From positions 1,696,001-1,760,000 of the forward strand of contig OY762964.1 in the NCBI GenBank assembly GCA_963667035.1: a stretch of DNA of 64,000 nucleotides, written 5' to 3'. Below the pieces are notes generated by a model. That model saw only the letters and a program-made list of their open reading frames with translations, did not search any database and was not told where the DNA came from. The translations under genes and the position numbers were made by a program. Position 1 is the first letter of the stretch. Each line of letters opens with the position of its first letter. Of the stretch, positions 1 through 9,131 are shown in pieces. This DNA is from Candidatus Cloacimonadales bacterium (GTDB lineage: Bacteria > Cloacimonadota > Cloacimonadia > Cloacimonadales > JAFGVF01).

Positions 1-1051
1 TGAAGTTATGATACTCTTCCAGTATCAATTCAACCCATCCTTTGTAATCAACGTGTCCCATATACTCATCATAATACTCTGCAAAAATATTGTATGATGA
101 GCTAATTACTTTATCATTTGATAACCTTTTTTCAAGCCATACTATTGCTGACTTCATACTTTCATAATCCGCTGAATTAGTACCGGCAATATCAAATGCA
201 GTACCGTGGTCTGCTGATGTTCTATAGTATGGTAATCCCAATGTAACATTGACTCCGCTACCTTTGGAAAGCATCTTAAAGGGAATTAATCCCTGATCAT
301 GATATGGAGAAATAACAAGATCATACTTTTCTAGATTGTATGCAAAGAACGTATCTGCCGGAAAGGGACCATCAATGTAGATATCTTCATCAGCTAACTT
401 GATAATCACTTGCTCCATCATTATATCTTCCCTACCAAACATCCCTGACTCTCCCCCATGAGGATTAAGGGCTAGAAGAGCTATGCGAGCTTTAGGTTTT
501 AGCTTTACGTACTCTCTATGAATAAGTCTTAACTTACTTTCGATCCTTTCAAATGTTAAGTAATCCGATAACTCACATATACCAAGATGAGTGGATAGCA
601 GAGCAAGATCAAAAACAGGTCCCCAAAAGGTCATTATAACTTCGGCACTAGCTTTACCGCCAAAATACTCAGTATGTCCGATAAAATACTTATCATGAGG
701 TTTAACATACTCTTTGGACAGAGGAGCTGTAACAATCCCATGCAACTCTCCTCTGTTTAAGTCATAACTAACACGCTCAAGAATCTGCCATGCAACTTTG
801 CCACTTTGTATAGATGGCTCACCCGGAACAATTTCTTTATCTGCAATCTCTATCAGATAAATCTTACCTGCATCATTAGCATCGGCTATGTCATCAATCT
901 TAACAGGTTTGTATCCGTTACCTGAATATCTATAGCTTCCGTATATTACATAAATAATATCCTGCTTAAGAGTGTGAAACCTAAGTGCTTTCTCCGTAAT
1001 CTCAGGTCCAATACCCGCAGGATCACCGGTTGTAATTCCGATTCTATTCAT
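1..1051 (-). CDS. pdxA: 4-hydroxythreonine-4-phosphate dehydrogenase PdxA; continues in frame into a probable SAM-methyltransferase domain and runs off the window edge
   Basis: Manual translation from ATG at 1051: MNRIGITTGDPAGIGPEI...RTSADHGTAFDIAG. No stop between that motif and position 1. Missing from the ORF track because it is open-ended. Confidence 0.9.
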   Translation of the reverse strand, partial: MNRIGITTGDPAGIGPEITEKALRFHTLKQDIIYVIYGSYRYSGNGYKPVKIDDIADANDAGKIYLIEIADKEIVPGEPSIQSGKVAWQILERVSYDLNRGELHGIVTAPLSKEYVKPHDKYFIGHTEYFGGKASAEVIMTFWGPVFDLALLSTHLGICELSDYLTFERIESKLRLIHREYVKLKPKARIALLALNPHGGESGMFGREDIMMEQVIIKLADEDIYIDGPFPADTFFAYNLEKYDLVISPYHDQGLIPFKMLSKGSGVNVTLGLPYYRTSADHGTAFDIAGTNSADYESMKSAIVWLEKRLSNDKVISSSYNIFAEYYDEYMGHVDYKGWVELILEEYHNF

Positions 1052-1839
1052 TATTTCTTATCGCTACTTCCCGGTTTAGTTATGTCCATTCCTGCTTTAC
1101 AAAGTGGACAATCTTCCGGTTCCCAAGATTCTATTGATAATGTTAAAAGTGGAAATGTAGGTATACCAAAATCAACCTTACCACCTGAACGATCAACAAT
1201 AAGTCCGACAGCTGCAATGCCAACTCCGCGTTCCTTAAGAGCATCTATCACTTCAAATACACTACCACCGGTTGTAACAATATCTTCTATAATAACAGCC
1301 TTCATTCCGGCTTTTAAATCAAATCCGCTTCTAAAACTCATGACTCCATCCTTTCTCTGGCAGAAAGCAAAACTCTTACCAAGCTGTTTTGCTACTTCAT
1401 ATCCAAGTACAATCGCACCAAAAGCGGGACCAATTACTATGTCACATTCTATATCCTTTAGAGCAAGAGCCATTCTATTACAAATAATCTCAACCTTATC
1501 AGGAGACTGGATTATTTTAATCTTCTCAACATATTTATTACTGTGTCTTCCTGATGTAAGTTTAAAATGTCCCTCGAGCAAGGAACCGCAATCTTTCAAA
1601 ACAGATTCTGTAACATAGGCTGAATTAATATTCGTTAAATGCTCTTTAGCTATTTCCGCATCATCTTCGTTAACCTTTAGTTCCGTTTCATATTTTAAAC
1701 CTGCAAAGGATGGAATAATTGTATTTATCAACTCATTGAAAACTACTGCTTCAATACCACAGTCATCAAGATAAGTTTTTGCTAGTTCAGCTTCAAAGGG
1801 AGTATCATATTTGGCTATTGTTACTAAATTCTGACTCAT
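1051..1839 (-). CDS. pyrE: orotate phosphoribosyltransferase with N-terminal DUF2007-like domain
   Basis: GHFKLTSGRHS and PRPP-binding motif IIEDIVTTGGS; extra ~75 aa N-terminus (FEAELAKTYLDDCGIEA). Confidence 0.88.
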   Translation of the reverse strand: MSQNLVTIAKYDTPFEAELAKTYLDDCGIEAVVFNELINTIIPSFAGLKYETELKVNEDDAEIAKEHLTNINSAYVTESVLKDCGSLLEGHFKLTSGRHSNKYVEKIKIIQSPDKVEIICNRMALALKDIECDIVIGPAFGAIVLGYEVAKQLGKSFAFCQRKDGVMSFRSGFDLKAGMKAVIIEDIVTTGGSVFEVIDALKERGVGIAAVGLIVDRSGGKVDFGIPTFPLLTLSIESWEPEDCPLCKAGMDITKPGSSDKK

Positions 1840-1920
1840 GATTTACCTCTTTTATGTTTTATTCTATTATCGTATACTTTAGCTAAATTGTCAAACTCAA
1901 ATTACATGTTCCAAAGCAAT

Positions 1921-1949
1921 AAAAAAAGGTCACACAAATCCGTGCGACC
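1921..1949 (-). terminator. intrinsic terminator
   Basis: minus strand GGTCGCAC-GGATTT-GTGTGACC followed by a T run, just after the 1974 stop. Confidence 0.7.
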
Positions 1950-1973
1950 CTTAATATATTGAATTGTGCTAAA

Positions 1974-2438
1974 TTACTCGACGCTTTCTTCTTTCTTTTC
2001 TTCTTCTGGAGTTTCAGGCTCTTCTTTACAATTGCAGTCATCACCGCAATCACAGTCATCTCCACATTCGCATTCTGAGTCTTCGCCACAGTTACATTCA
2101 TCGGTTTTAGCAGTTTTATCATAGATATCAATCTTTATGTTTTTACATAATTCAGGATAGAAATCTTCAATATACTCTAAGATTATAGCTTCGATATCAC
2201 TGTTGTTCTCTAAAATCTCAGTAGAGAATCCGACTTTTATCTGTAATGATCTAAACTGCTGGTTCATGTTTATTGCCGGCTTCTCACCATAAACATTTGT
2301 AAGAAATTCAGGAAGATTCTTTGAAAGCTTCATGACACCATGAATCATCTTATAAATCTTAATTCCTAAATAACCTAAACCTGCAAGTACGGCAAAGTTA
2401 AAAGCTTTTTTAAAAAACTTACTCATTAAATGCTCCAA
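1974..2438 (-). CDS. hypothetical membrane-anchored protein with Cys/acidic C-terminal tail
   Basis: N-terminal hydrophobic helix; tail CNCGEDSECECGDDCDCGDDCNC. Confidence 0.7.
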   Translation of the reverse strand: MEHLMSKFFKKAFNFAVLAGLGYLGIKIYKMIHGVMKLSKNLPEFLTNVYGEKPAINMNQQFRSLQIKVGFSTEILENNSDIEAIILEYIEDFYPELCKNIKIDIYDKTAKTDECNCGEDSECECGDDCDCGDDCNCKEEPETPEEEKKEESVE

Positions 2439-2447
2439 TATTTTGGC

Positions 2448-3143
2448 TTATCTGTAAATAGATTTGATTCTTCCCCATGATTTCTTTGAATTGCTTGTTC
2501 CATATGGAAGTAAATCTGCAGCAGTTCTTGGGAAAACCTTATAATGATCGTAACTATAATGTATGATTCCAAGCATGTCTAATTGCTGACCAACCTGAAC
2601 ACTGTAGTCATCATACATGTCATCATCTACTAAGCATTCGCCTGTACCGTCATTAATACCGAATTGATTGTAACTGTTATCTTCTGTGCTTGATGAAACA
2701 GAAGCTCTTGAAATAGCAGCGTAAACACCTTCATATTGTTCAGCTGTTGCTGCATTGTTCAAAGAACCTGTTGTAACTAAAGTTGGGTTAGGAAGTGGAT
2801 TACCACTGCTTAAAACTTGAGTTGTTACATAAGTTAACTCTGTAACTCCATTGTATTCAGCAACTGTTCCGGTACAAGATACCATATCACCAAGTTGTGG
2901 TAAAGTAGTCCATTCATAAACAAAGAGACCACGCCATGCTCCACCTTGTGGTTCACTGATAAAGAACTTTTCACCCTGCATTAAAACAGCAGTAACAACA
3001 CCTTCAACAGTAACCTGTTGTCCGACCAAATCTGATGGATATGTTCCATTACCGGGGTTAGTGGTATACTGAACATCATAAATCGTTGTGGCAGACAAAG
3101 CACCTAACAGAACTACAAGTAAAATCGACATAATATAACGCAT
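2448..3143 (-). CDS. secreted protein with two OB-fold-like repeats (extracellular nuclease accessory type)
   Basis: signal peptide; TIYDVQ...GQQVTVEGVVTAV...GD.V..TGTVAEYNGVTEL pattern; GGAGG RBS. Confidence 0.7.
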   Translation of the reverse strand: MRYIMSILLVVLLGALSATTIYDVQYTTNPGNGTYPSDLVGQQVTVEGVVTAVLMQGEKFFISEPQGGAWRGLFVYEWTTLPQLGDMVSCTGTVAEYNGVTELTYVTTQVLSSGNPLPNPTLVTTGSLNNAATAEQYEGVYAAISRASVSSSTEDNSYNQFGINDGTGECLVDDDMYDDYSVQVGQQLDMLGIIHYSYDHYKVFPRTAADLLPYGTSNSKKSWGRIKSIYR

Positions 3144-3378
3144 GTTATTTCCTCCAAATCTTTATAATCAATTTTAAACTATTTATCCATAGCCTTTCAA
3201 TATACATTTTATTACGATTTAGCACCTTGTCAACTGTTTTTTAGTCATATGAAGGCTTTTCTGTATATTAATCACCCAATTAACACTTTCTTAATTGTTC
3301 AAGCTATACATATCTCTATAATTGATATAGTTATATACTATTTTATTCAGTTAGGGGATCATACTTTCTTTGTCGACC

Positions 3379-3417
3379 AAAAAATATGGGGAAAGCCGGG
3401 AGGTTGGCTTTCCCCAT
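3379..3417 (-). terminator. intrinsic terminator of the hsp20 pair
   Basis: 12-bp stem ATGGGGAAAGCC/GGCTTTCCCCAT with T run on the minus strand. Confidence 0.75.
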
Positions 3418-3432
3418 TTCTAAGAGAGATTC

Positions 3433-3849
3433 TTATTGTATGATTATTTTTTTAGCAGGTTCAGGTTCAACCTTGGGAATCTCAATCGTGAGTACTCCAT
3501 TCTTCATGGAAGCTGTAATCTTTTCAGAATCGCAATTCTCACCTAATGAGATTGAGCGCTTGTACTCACCAAGGAATCTTTCCTGTCTATGATATTTCTT
3601 ATCTTCTTTTTGTGTCTCTGTTTTTGCCTCAATAGTCAATACGTTATCAGCAACATTAATATTAACATCTTTCTTTTCGAATCCCGGAAGTTCCGCATCA
3701 ATCAAGAACTTGTCATCTTCCTCTCTGATGTCTAAGGCCATCCCTGAGCTATTCTCTGAAAAGAAATCATCTCTAAAGAAGTTCTTAAACAGATCCATCT
3801 TTGGAAAGTCAAGGAATGAGTCGAATAAGCTTACTGGATAATGTCTCAT
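3433..3849 (-). CDS. Hsp20/alpha-crystallin small heat-shock protein
   Basis: DIREEDDKFLIDAELPG...ER.LGEYKRSI.L...ITASMKNGVLTIEIPK. Confidence 0.93.
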   Translation of the reverse strand: MRHYPVSLFDSFLDFPKMDLFKNFFRDDFFSENSSGMALDIREEDDKFLIDAELPGFEKKDVNINVADNVLTIEAKTETQKEDKKYHRQERFLGEYKRSISLGENCDSEKITASMKNGVLTIEIPKVEPEPAKKIIIQ

Positions 3850-3860
3850 GTTTTCCTCCT

Positions 3861-4277
3861 TTAGTTTATTGCTATTTGTTTTGGCTGAAGTTTCGCAGCT
3901 TTTGGTATTTTAACTATCAACACGCCATTTTCCATTTCAGCACCGATTTTTTCAGTATCAAAACTGTTATCCAATCTAAAAGTTCTCTTTAACTCCATAT
4001 TACATCTTTCTCTTCTGATATATTGCTTTTCATCCTCATCAACCGATTTCACCTCTATTGTGAGGACATTGTTCTCGACTGAAATGTTAACATCGTCTTT
4101 ATTGTGTCCTGGCATCTCAGCCTGAATAATATAAGCATCTTCCTCTTCAAGAATATCAACTTTCATCGGAGAAACCCGATGAGTTGGGGTTAAATCAAAA
4201 TCATTGAATGCACCAAGCATTCTTTCCATTTCCCTCATTGGGAAGTATCCGGGTCTGCTCTTTACTAAGTATCTCAT
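3861..4277 (-). CDS. Hsp20/alpha-crystallin small heat-shock protein
   Basis: VDILEEEDAYIIQAEMPG...IGAEMENGVLIVKIPK; tandem paralog. Confidence 0.93.
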   Translation of the reverse strand: MRYLVKSRPGYFPMREMERMLGAFNDFDLTPTHRVSPMKVDILEEEDAYIIQAEMPGHNKDDVNISVENNVLTIEVKSVDEDEKQYIRRERCNMELKRTFRLDNSFDTEKIGAEMENGVLIVKIPKAAKLQPKQIAIN

Positions 4278-4345
4278 TTTTTCCTCCTGTTGATTTTCGA
4301 TACAGCCATATAATAATCAAGCAGGTTTTATTGTCAAATTATTTT

Positions 4346-4372
4346 TAAGCAATCTTACTTAATATCTGCTAA
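4346..4372 (-). promoter_or_regulatory. degenerate CIRCE-like (HrcA) operator upstream of the hsp20 pair
   Basis: TTAGCAGAT-N9-GATTGCTTA (13/18 match to TTAGCACTC-N9-GAGTGCTAA), beside TTGACA at 4337-4332. Confidence 0.35.
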
Positions 4373-4637
4373 TTCTATAACTATTGGCATATTATTGAAA
4401 TATATTACTTGCTGTCATTCAATTGTTTATATATTCTGTTAACTAGAATTATATTTCTTAGCGGTCTTATACTTCTTGTTGTATCATTGCTAATGCTGAA
4501 GCAATAATATTGCTGTTTCTTCCCGTAACATTATTTTTATCAATACTTGCTTTGAACGGGAAACTGATTAGTTATATCTATGACTGCTTAACGCTTATCA
4601 CATTAATAATCATATTAATCATAAATGAGGAATATCG

Positions 4638-5717
4638 ATGAAGAAGTTTTTATACATAATAATGATGCTAACATTTGTTCTGACTTTACTCGCAGAGGAA
4701 AAGCTTGATAAGAACTATAGATTGGTTGGATTCCCCTTTGGCTTTTATAAACCTGAAACTAGTTTTGCCTTAGGTTTCGGAGGAGGTTTATACTTCAGAC
4801 TACCTGATCAAGATGATAGCTATAACACTTCCGAGATAGCTCTGGCAGGTTTCTATTCATTTAAAAACTATTATTCAGTGACCTTAAAACCCGATATCTA
4901 TCTAAACCTATATAATCTTAGAGTATTAACGACTCTAAAGTTTGAGAATAATGATGGAAGTTATTTTGGAATAGGTCCTCTCAATACTAAGGACGATGAG
5001 ATTATATATAGATATCAACAACAGCAGATGACATTTGAAATATCAAATCCATCTTTTTTTATAGATTATCTAGAGAGGGGTCTTATAATAGATTATAGTA
5101 ATTTCAAAATGAAGGATATTAAGGATTCCTCTTTTGTTCAATACCCGTTTATAAATGAGGATTATAAGTATCAGCAATTGGGATTAGGTTTTAGAATGGA
5201 CTACGATAGACGTGATGACATTCATTTCCCAACTGACGGCTACTATGCAGGTATCAGGTATGTATCTTACAGAAAGGATTGGAATAGCGATTATGAGTTC
5301 AACAATCTTATCTTCGATATCAGGAAATATTTTCCTTTAAAGGGAAACCAGACAATAGCTAACCAGTTATACTCGGGTAATATTTCTCACAATGCACCTT
5401 TTATGTTCCTTTCCTCATTAGGAGGCTCAGAGATAATGAGAGGTTACTATGAAGGAAGATTCAGAGACAGAAACTCCCTTGTCTATCAATTGGAATACAG
5501 GAATATGTTTACTGAGAAATGGGGAGCTGTTGCCTTTGCCAACTTTGGAACAGTATATTCAAGATTTGAAGATATTGAAAGAAAGGATATTATCCCATCA
5601 TTTGGTATTGGTGGCAGATATAAGCTTATTCCTGAAGACAATATTAATCTCAGGCTTGATCTAGCTAAGGGAAGAAACTCTTTTGGCTTCTACTTTCTAA
5701 TTGAAGAAGCGTTCTAG
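4638..5717 (+). CDS. BamA/TamA (Omp85) family outer-membrane beta-barrel protein without POTRA domains
   Basis: signal peptide; LGGSEIMRGYYEGRFRD motif; C-terminal ...FYFLIEEAF. Confidence 0.85.
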   Translation: MKKFLYIIMMLTFVLTLLAEEKLDKNYRLVGFPFGFYKPETSFALGFGGGLYFRLPDQDDSYNTSEIALAGFYSFKNYYSVTLKPDIYLNLYNLRVLTTLKFENNDGSYFGIGPLNTKDDEIIYRYQQQQMTFEISNPSFFIDYLERGLIIDYSNFKMKDIKDSSFVQYPFINEDYKYQQLGLGFRMDYDRRDDIHFPTDGYYAGIRYVSYRKDWNSDYEFNNLIFDIRKYFPLKGNQTIANQLYSGNISHNAPFMFLSSLGGSEIMRGYYEGRFRDRNSLVYQLEYRNMFTEKWGAVAFANFGTVYSRFEDIERKDIIPSFGIGGRYKLIPEDNINLRLDLAKGRNSFGFYFLIEEAF

Positions 5718-5730
5718 TTATCATATACAA

Positions 5731-5765
5731 GAAAGACCTGCCACTTATTGTGACAGGTCATTTTT
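5731..5765. terminator. probable bidirectional terminator between convergent genes
   Basis: GACCTG.CAC-TTATT-GTG.CAGGTC flanked by A and T runs. Confidence 0.6.
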
Positions 5766-5785
5766 ACATGTATTGGGGGGATTAA

Positions 5786-8227
5786 TTATTCTTCAGTTTG
5801 TATGAAAGGCATGAGATAAAGAACTCTTTCTCCATCAAATTGCTTAAGAGTATCATAAGTCTCTTTAACAGTGTTAAGTCCGCTTGTTAACTTCATTCCA
5901 AAAGGTGAGAATTCAGGAAAGTCAACTTTGATTGAGATGCCTGAACTGTAAGAAGGATATTCTTCAACATCAACATCATCGGTAATTTTAGCTAATTGAG
6001 AAGCATACTCAATTGCATCTTCAAGATTACCAATCTCATCCACCAAGCCATTTTCAACACCCTGTTGACCGGACCAGATTCTACCTTGAGCAATCTTCTT
6101 CACTTCTTCCCTATCCATTCCTCTTCCGTCAGAGACAACATCAATGAATGTATCATAAGTATGTTCAATCATTTCTTTGAATCTTTGCTTTTCACTTTTA
6201 GTCATCTTTCTATGAGTTGCACCTAAATCAGAATTCTCTCCGAATTTGATTGAACTCCAGTTTATATGTAACTTGTCATAAAGTCCTTCGAAGTTAGGAA
6301 GCATACCAATAACGCCTATAGATCCTGTGATAGTTGTAGGTTCGGCAAATATTCTGTCTGCATAAGCAGATATATAGTATCCACCGGACGCAGCAGCACC
6401 ACACATTGATACAACCACAGGTTTCTTATTCTTTCCTTCTTTACAGAGTTTTATCTCATGAGCAATTATATCGGAAGCCTGAGCTGATCCACCGCCACTA
6501 TCCACTCTTAACACGATTGCTTTTACTTCCGGATTGTTTCTTGCTTCTTCAATTGCTTTTGCATAGCTCTCAGCACCAATGTTTGAACCCGGTTTACCTT
6601 TACCCATTATGATATTACCGGTAGCATTGATGACTTTAATTTTAGATGTTGTGTTGTAATTCCAAGCAGTATCCATACGCTCATTACTTTCTCCGGTAAA
6701 GCTTGTGTAATGCAGGTCATTCTTAACTGTATCGAATAGTTCTGATTGATAAATTACATCATCAACTAGTCCCAATTCTTTACATTTTGCTGCATCAAAG
6801 TAAGGACCGTTATCAATAAGTTCTTTTACGTTTCCAGCCAAATTCTCTCTTCCGTTTTCAATACTTCTCACCATTTCTTCATACACTATTCCGAAAACAG
6901 ATTCGTAAGCTTCTCTTTCGGCATCTGTCATATGCTCTTCGGTCAGATTATTACCGGCAGTTTTATATGGATGACTTCTAAGGTTAGTAAACTCAATACC
7001 TAAAGTATCAAGTAATCCTTTGAAATAAGGAGAGCTAAGAGAAATACCTTTAAGTTCGATTCCACCCATTTTATTGAGATAAATCTTATCCATAATAGAA
7101 GCGGCAAAGAAGTATCCGGAGTTTGAGATATTATCAAAGTAGGCTATCAATTGCTTTCCTGTTTCTTCTTTAAACTCTTTTAAGTACTCAATCACTTCCT
7201 GCTTTCTTGCAATAGAAGACGGGAAGTTAGGATTCATAAACAAAACAGCACCTATAGTTTCGTCTTGTGCCAAGAGTTCGAGTTTATCCTTGAACTCTCT
7301 CATTGTCATACCTTTACTATCTATCAGAGAGAAAGGTCCAATCTTCATGGCTGACTGAGAATCAACTAATTCTTTATTGAGAGCCATTTTATATGCTTTA
7401 CTTCTGTTCTTCTCAAATAAAGTAGGAATACTTCTCTCGTGGAAAGAGATAAAATCATATCCGTAATTAGTATCGTCATTCATTTCTGTTCTTGAACCGA
7501 TTGAGAAATCATCAATTCCAAGACTGAACTGAAAGCTTGCAGTCTCATTCTCAACATTATATGCTCCACCTAACTTCAGACCTTCAGCTACTACAAGATT
7601 AGCTCCTATAGTTGGAGAAGACAAAGCTCTGTCTTCATCTGCAAGAGGGTCGTCACGGTTTAAGTCATAAAATCCCATATCAGCATATAATTCTACTTTA
7701 TCATACATTGATGAGTTTATAAATGGTCTGACTCCAATACCGAAACGGAAATCAGGATCCATAAATTCATCTTTCACAGTGTCTTTAGCGAAATCAGCCG
7801 TAGCACCCAAAGAGAACATTCTGCTAGGTCTCAAGATAGTACCTAATTTATATCCGCCATCTTCAAACTTATCTTTGTCCCAATTCCATTCAGCACCTAA
7901 ATAGATATTTCTGAAAAAGGAAACATTCCCCATATTTGTTCCCCATTGAAGAGCATGAGAGTAATAATCTTTATCAATAACATTCATTGAATACCCAAGA
8001 CCTTCCAAATTGAAAATCAATGAGTAATCTTGATCCCAAGTGGCTTCTTTTCTTTGCCACAAGGCACTTATACTTGCACCTTGATTTAATCCTGCAGCAG
8101 CCGGATTCTCGGTAATGCCTATGTATGTATCGGGTATTGCAACTGAGAAGTTTGAAAAGACATTCCCCTGAGCAAATAGCCCGGTAACGAGTAGACATAT
8201 CCAGATTACTGGTAATACTTTTTTCAT
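5786..8227 (-). CDS. sppA: signal peptide peptidase SppA (S49) with long N-terminal extra domain
   Basis: LRVDSGGGS, AASGGYYIS (catalytic Ser), YKTAG (Lys), TITGSIGV, GRIWSG. Confidence 0.88.
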   Translation of the reverse strand: MKKVLPVIWICLLVTGLFAQGNVFSNFSVAIPDTYIGITENPAAAGLNQGASISALWQRKEATWDQDYSLIFNLEGLGYSMNVIDKDYYSHALQWGTNMGNVSFFRNIYLGAEWNWDKDKFEDGGYKLGTILRPSRMFSLGATADFAKDTVKDEFMDPDFRFGIGVRPFINSSMYDKVELYADMGFYDLNRDDPLADEDRALSSPTIGANLVVAEGLKLGGAYNVENETASFQFSLGIDDFSIGSRTEMNDDTNYGYDFISFHERSIPTLFEKNRSKAYKMALNKELVDSQSAMKIGPFSLIDSKGMTMREFKDKLELLAQDETIGAVLFMNPNFPSSIARKQEVIEYLKEFKEETGKQLIAYFDNISNSGYFFAASIMDKIYLNKMGGIELKGISLSSPYFKGLLDTLGIEFTNLRSHPYKTAGNNLTEEHMTDAEREAYESVFGIVYEEMVRSIENGRENLAGNVKELIDNGPYFDAAKCKELGLVDDVIYQSELFDTVKNDLHYTSFTGESNERMDTAWNYNTTSKIKVINATGNIIMGKGKPGSNIGAESYAKAIEEARNNPEVKAIVLRVDSGGGSAQASDIIAHEIKLCKEGKNKKPVVVSMCGAAASGGYYISAYADRIFAEPTTITGSIGVIGMLPNFEGLYDKLHINWSSIKFGENSDLGATHRKMTKSEKQRFKEMIEHTYDTFIDVVSDGRGMDREEVKKIAQGRIWSGQQGVENGLVDEIGNLEDAIEYASQLAKITDDVDVEEYPSYSSGISIKVDFPEFSPFGMKLTSGLNTVKETYDTLKQFDGERVLYLMPFIQTEE

Positions 8228-8237
8228 TTATAACCTC

Positions 8238-9131
8238 CTAAGACTCTATTTTCTTATGTTTAAATATATATGTTGAGACAACAAAGATGGCAGCACTGAG
8301 CAATACTATCCAAAGCTGTTCGGTATAGAAGAAACCACTCAGCGGTATTTCATTAACCGAAGAGATATTCTCAACAGCTTTAGGGATTATGGAGCGTGGT
8401 TGTAATAATTCCATTGCCATTTTCATTAGATAACTGAATATCGATAGGAACTGAATCCCGGCAAGCTTAGATAACAATTCAATAAATCCCAGAGTTAATA
8501 GGACAAAAGCTCCTTTCATCAATGCCATTCTGGTAAAGACTGCAGATACCAGGAAGCCTAGTGAGCCAAACAATAAGGCGGGACCTATCGTTGAAATGCA
8601 ACCTGCAAAGAATCCTTGGAATACTGAACTCCAGACTAACCCTTTATCAGTGAATTGTGTTGCAAATATTATGCTGATTACTACTGTATTTACTAAAGCA
8701 ATAATAGTTGCACTAATAAGAGCTCCTATAATGCTGTTGAGGTACTTAGCTCCTGTACGTGTCCAGATTGAAACCGGTTGTGTACGATAGAATAGCTCAT
8801 ACCCCATCTTCTTTTCATAGTTCAATGAGCTGGAAGCTCTTATCATACCTACAAATACACCGAATATTCCCAACGCGAACACGGTCATAATGTATCCGAC
8901 AATCAATAGTATTACTTTGGAAGCTTCACTATCAATTGCAACACCTTGTTCAAGAAATATTGATTTAATACTCTGAGCAAGATCAGTATCTGTTTTTATG
9001 ATTCTCGCATAGAGAAGAATCATAAATATTAACGAGGTTGCATAATTGAATCCCTGTATTATCAATGGAATCAGAAAAGCAACTTTATTAGCTTTAAATT
9101 CATGCTTTAAATATAAAAAGAATTTATTCAT
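8238..9131 (-). CDS. ABC-2 type exporter permease
   Basis: ~6 TM helices; overlaps the ABC ATPase gene. Confidence 0.75.
   Translation of the reverse strand: MNKFFLYLKHEFKANKVAFLIPLIIQGFNYATSLIFMILLYARIIKTDTDLAQSIKSIFLEQGVAIDSEASKVILLIVGYIMTVFALGIFGVFVGMIRASSSLNYEKKMGYELFYRTQPVSIWTRTGAKYLNSIIGALISATIIALVNTVVISIIFATQFTDKGLVWSSVFQGFFAGCISTIGPALLFGSLGFLVSAVFTRMALMKGAFVLLTLGFIELLSKLAGIQFLSIFSYLMKMAMELLQPRSIIPKAVENISSVNEIPLSGFFYTEQLWIVLLSAAIFVVSTYIFKHKKIES

Noticed and set aside
974..1618. 214-aa + strand ORF and the many other antisense or nested ORFs in the track
   Set aside because: Shadows of well-supported genes on the opposite strand or in another frame; no recognisable motifs.
3218..3245. 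TTAGCAC half-site resembling CIRCE
   Set aside because: No second arm at 9-nt spacing, and it is not upstream of a chaperone gene.
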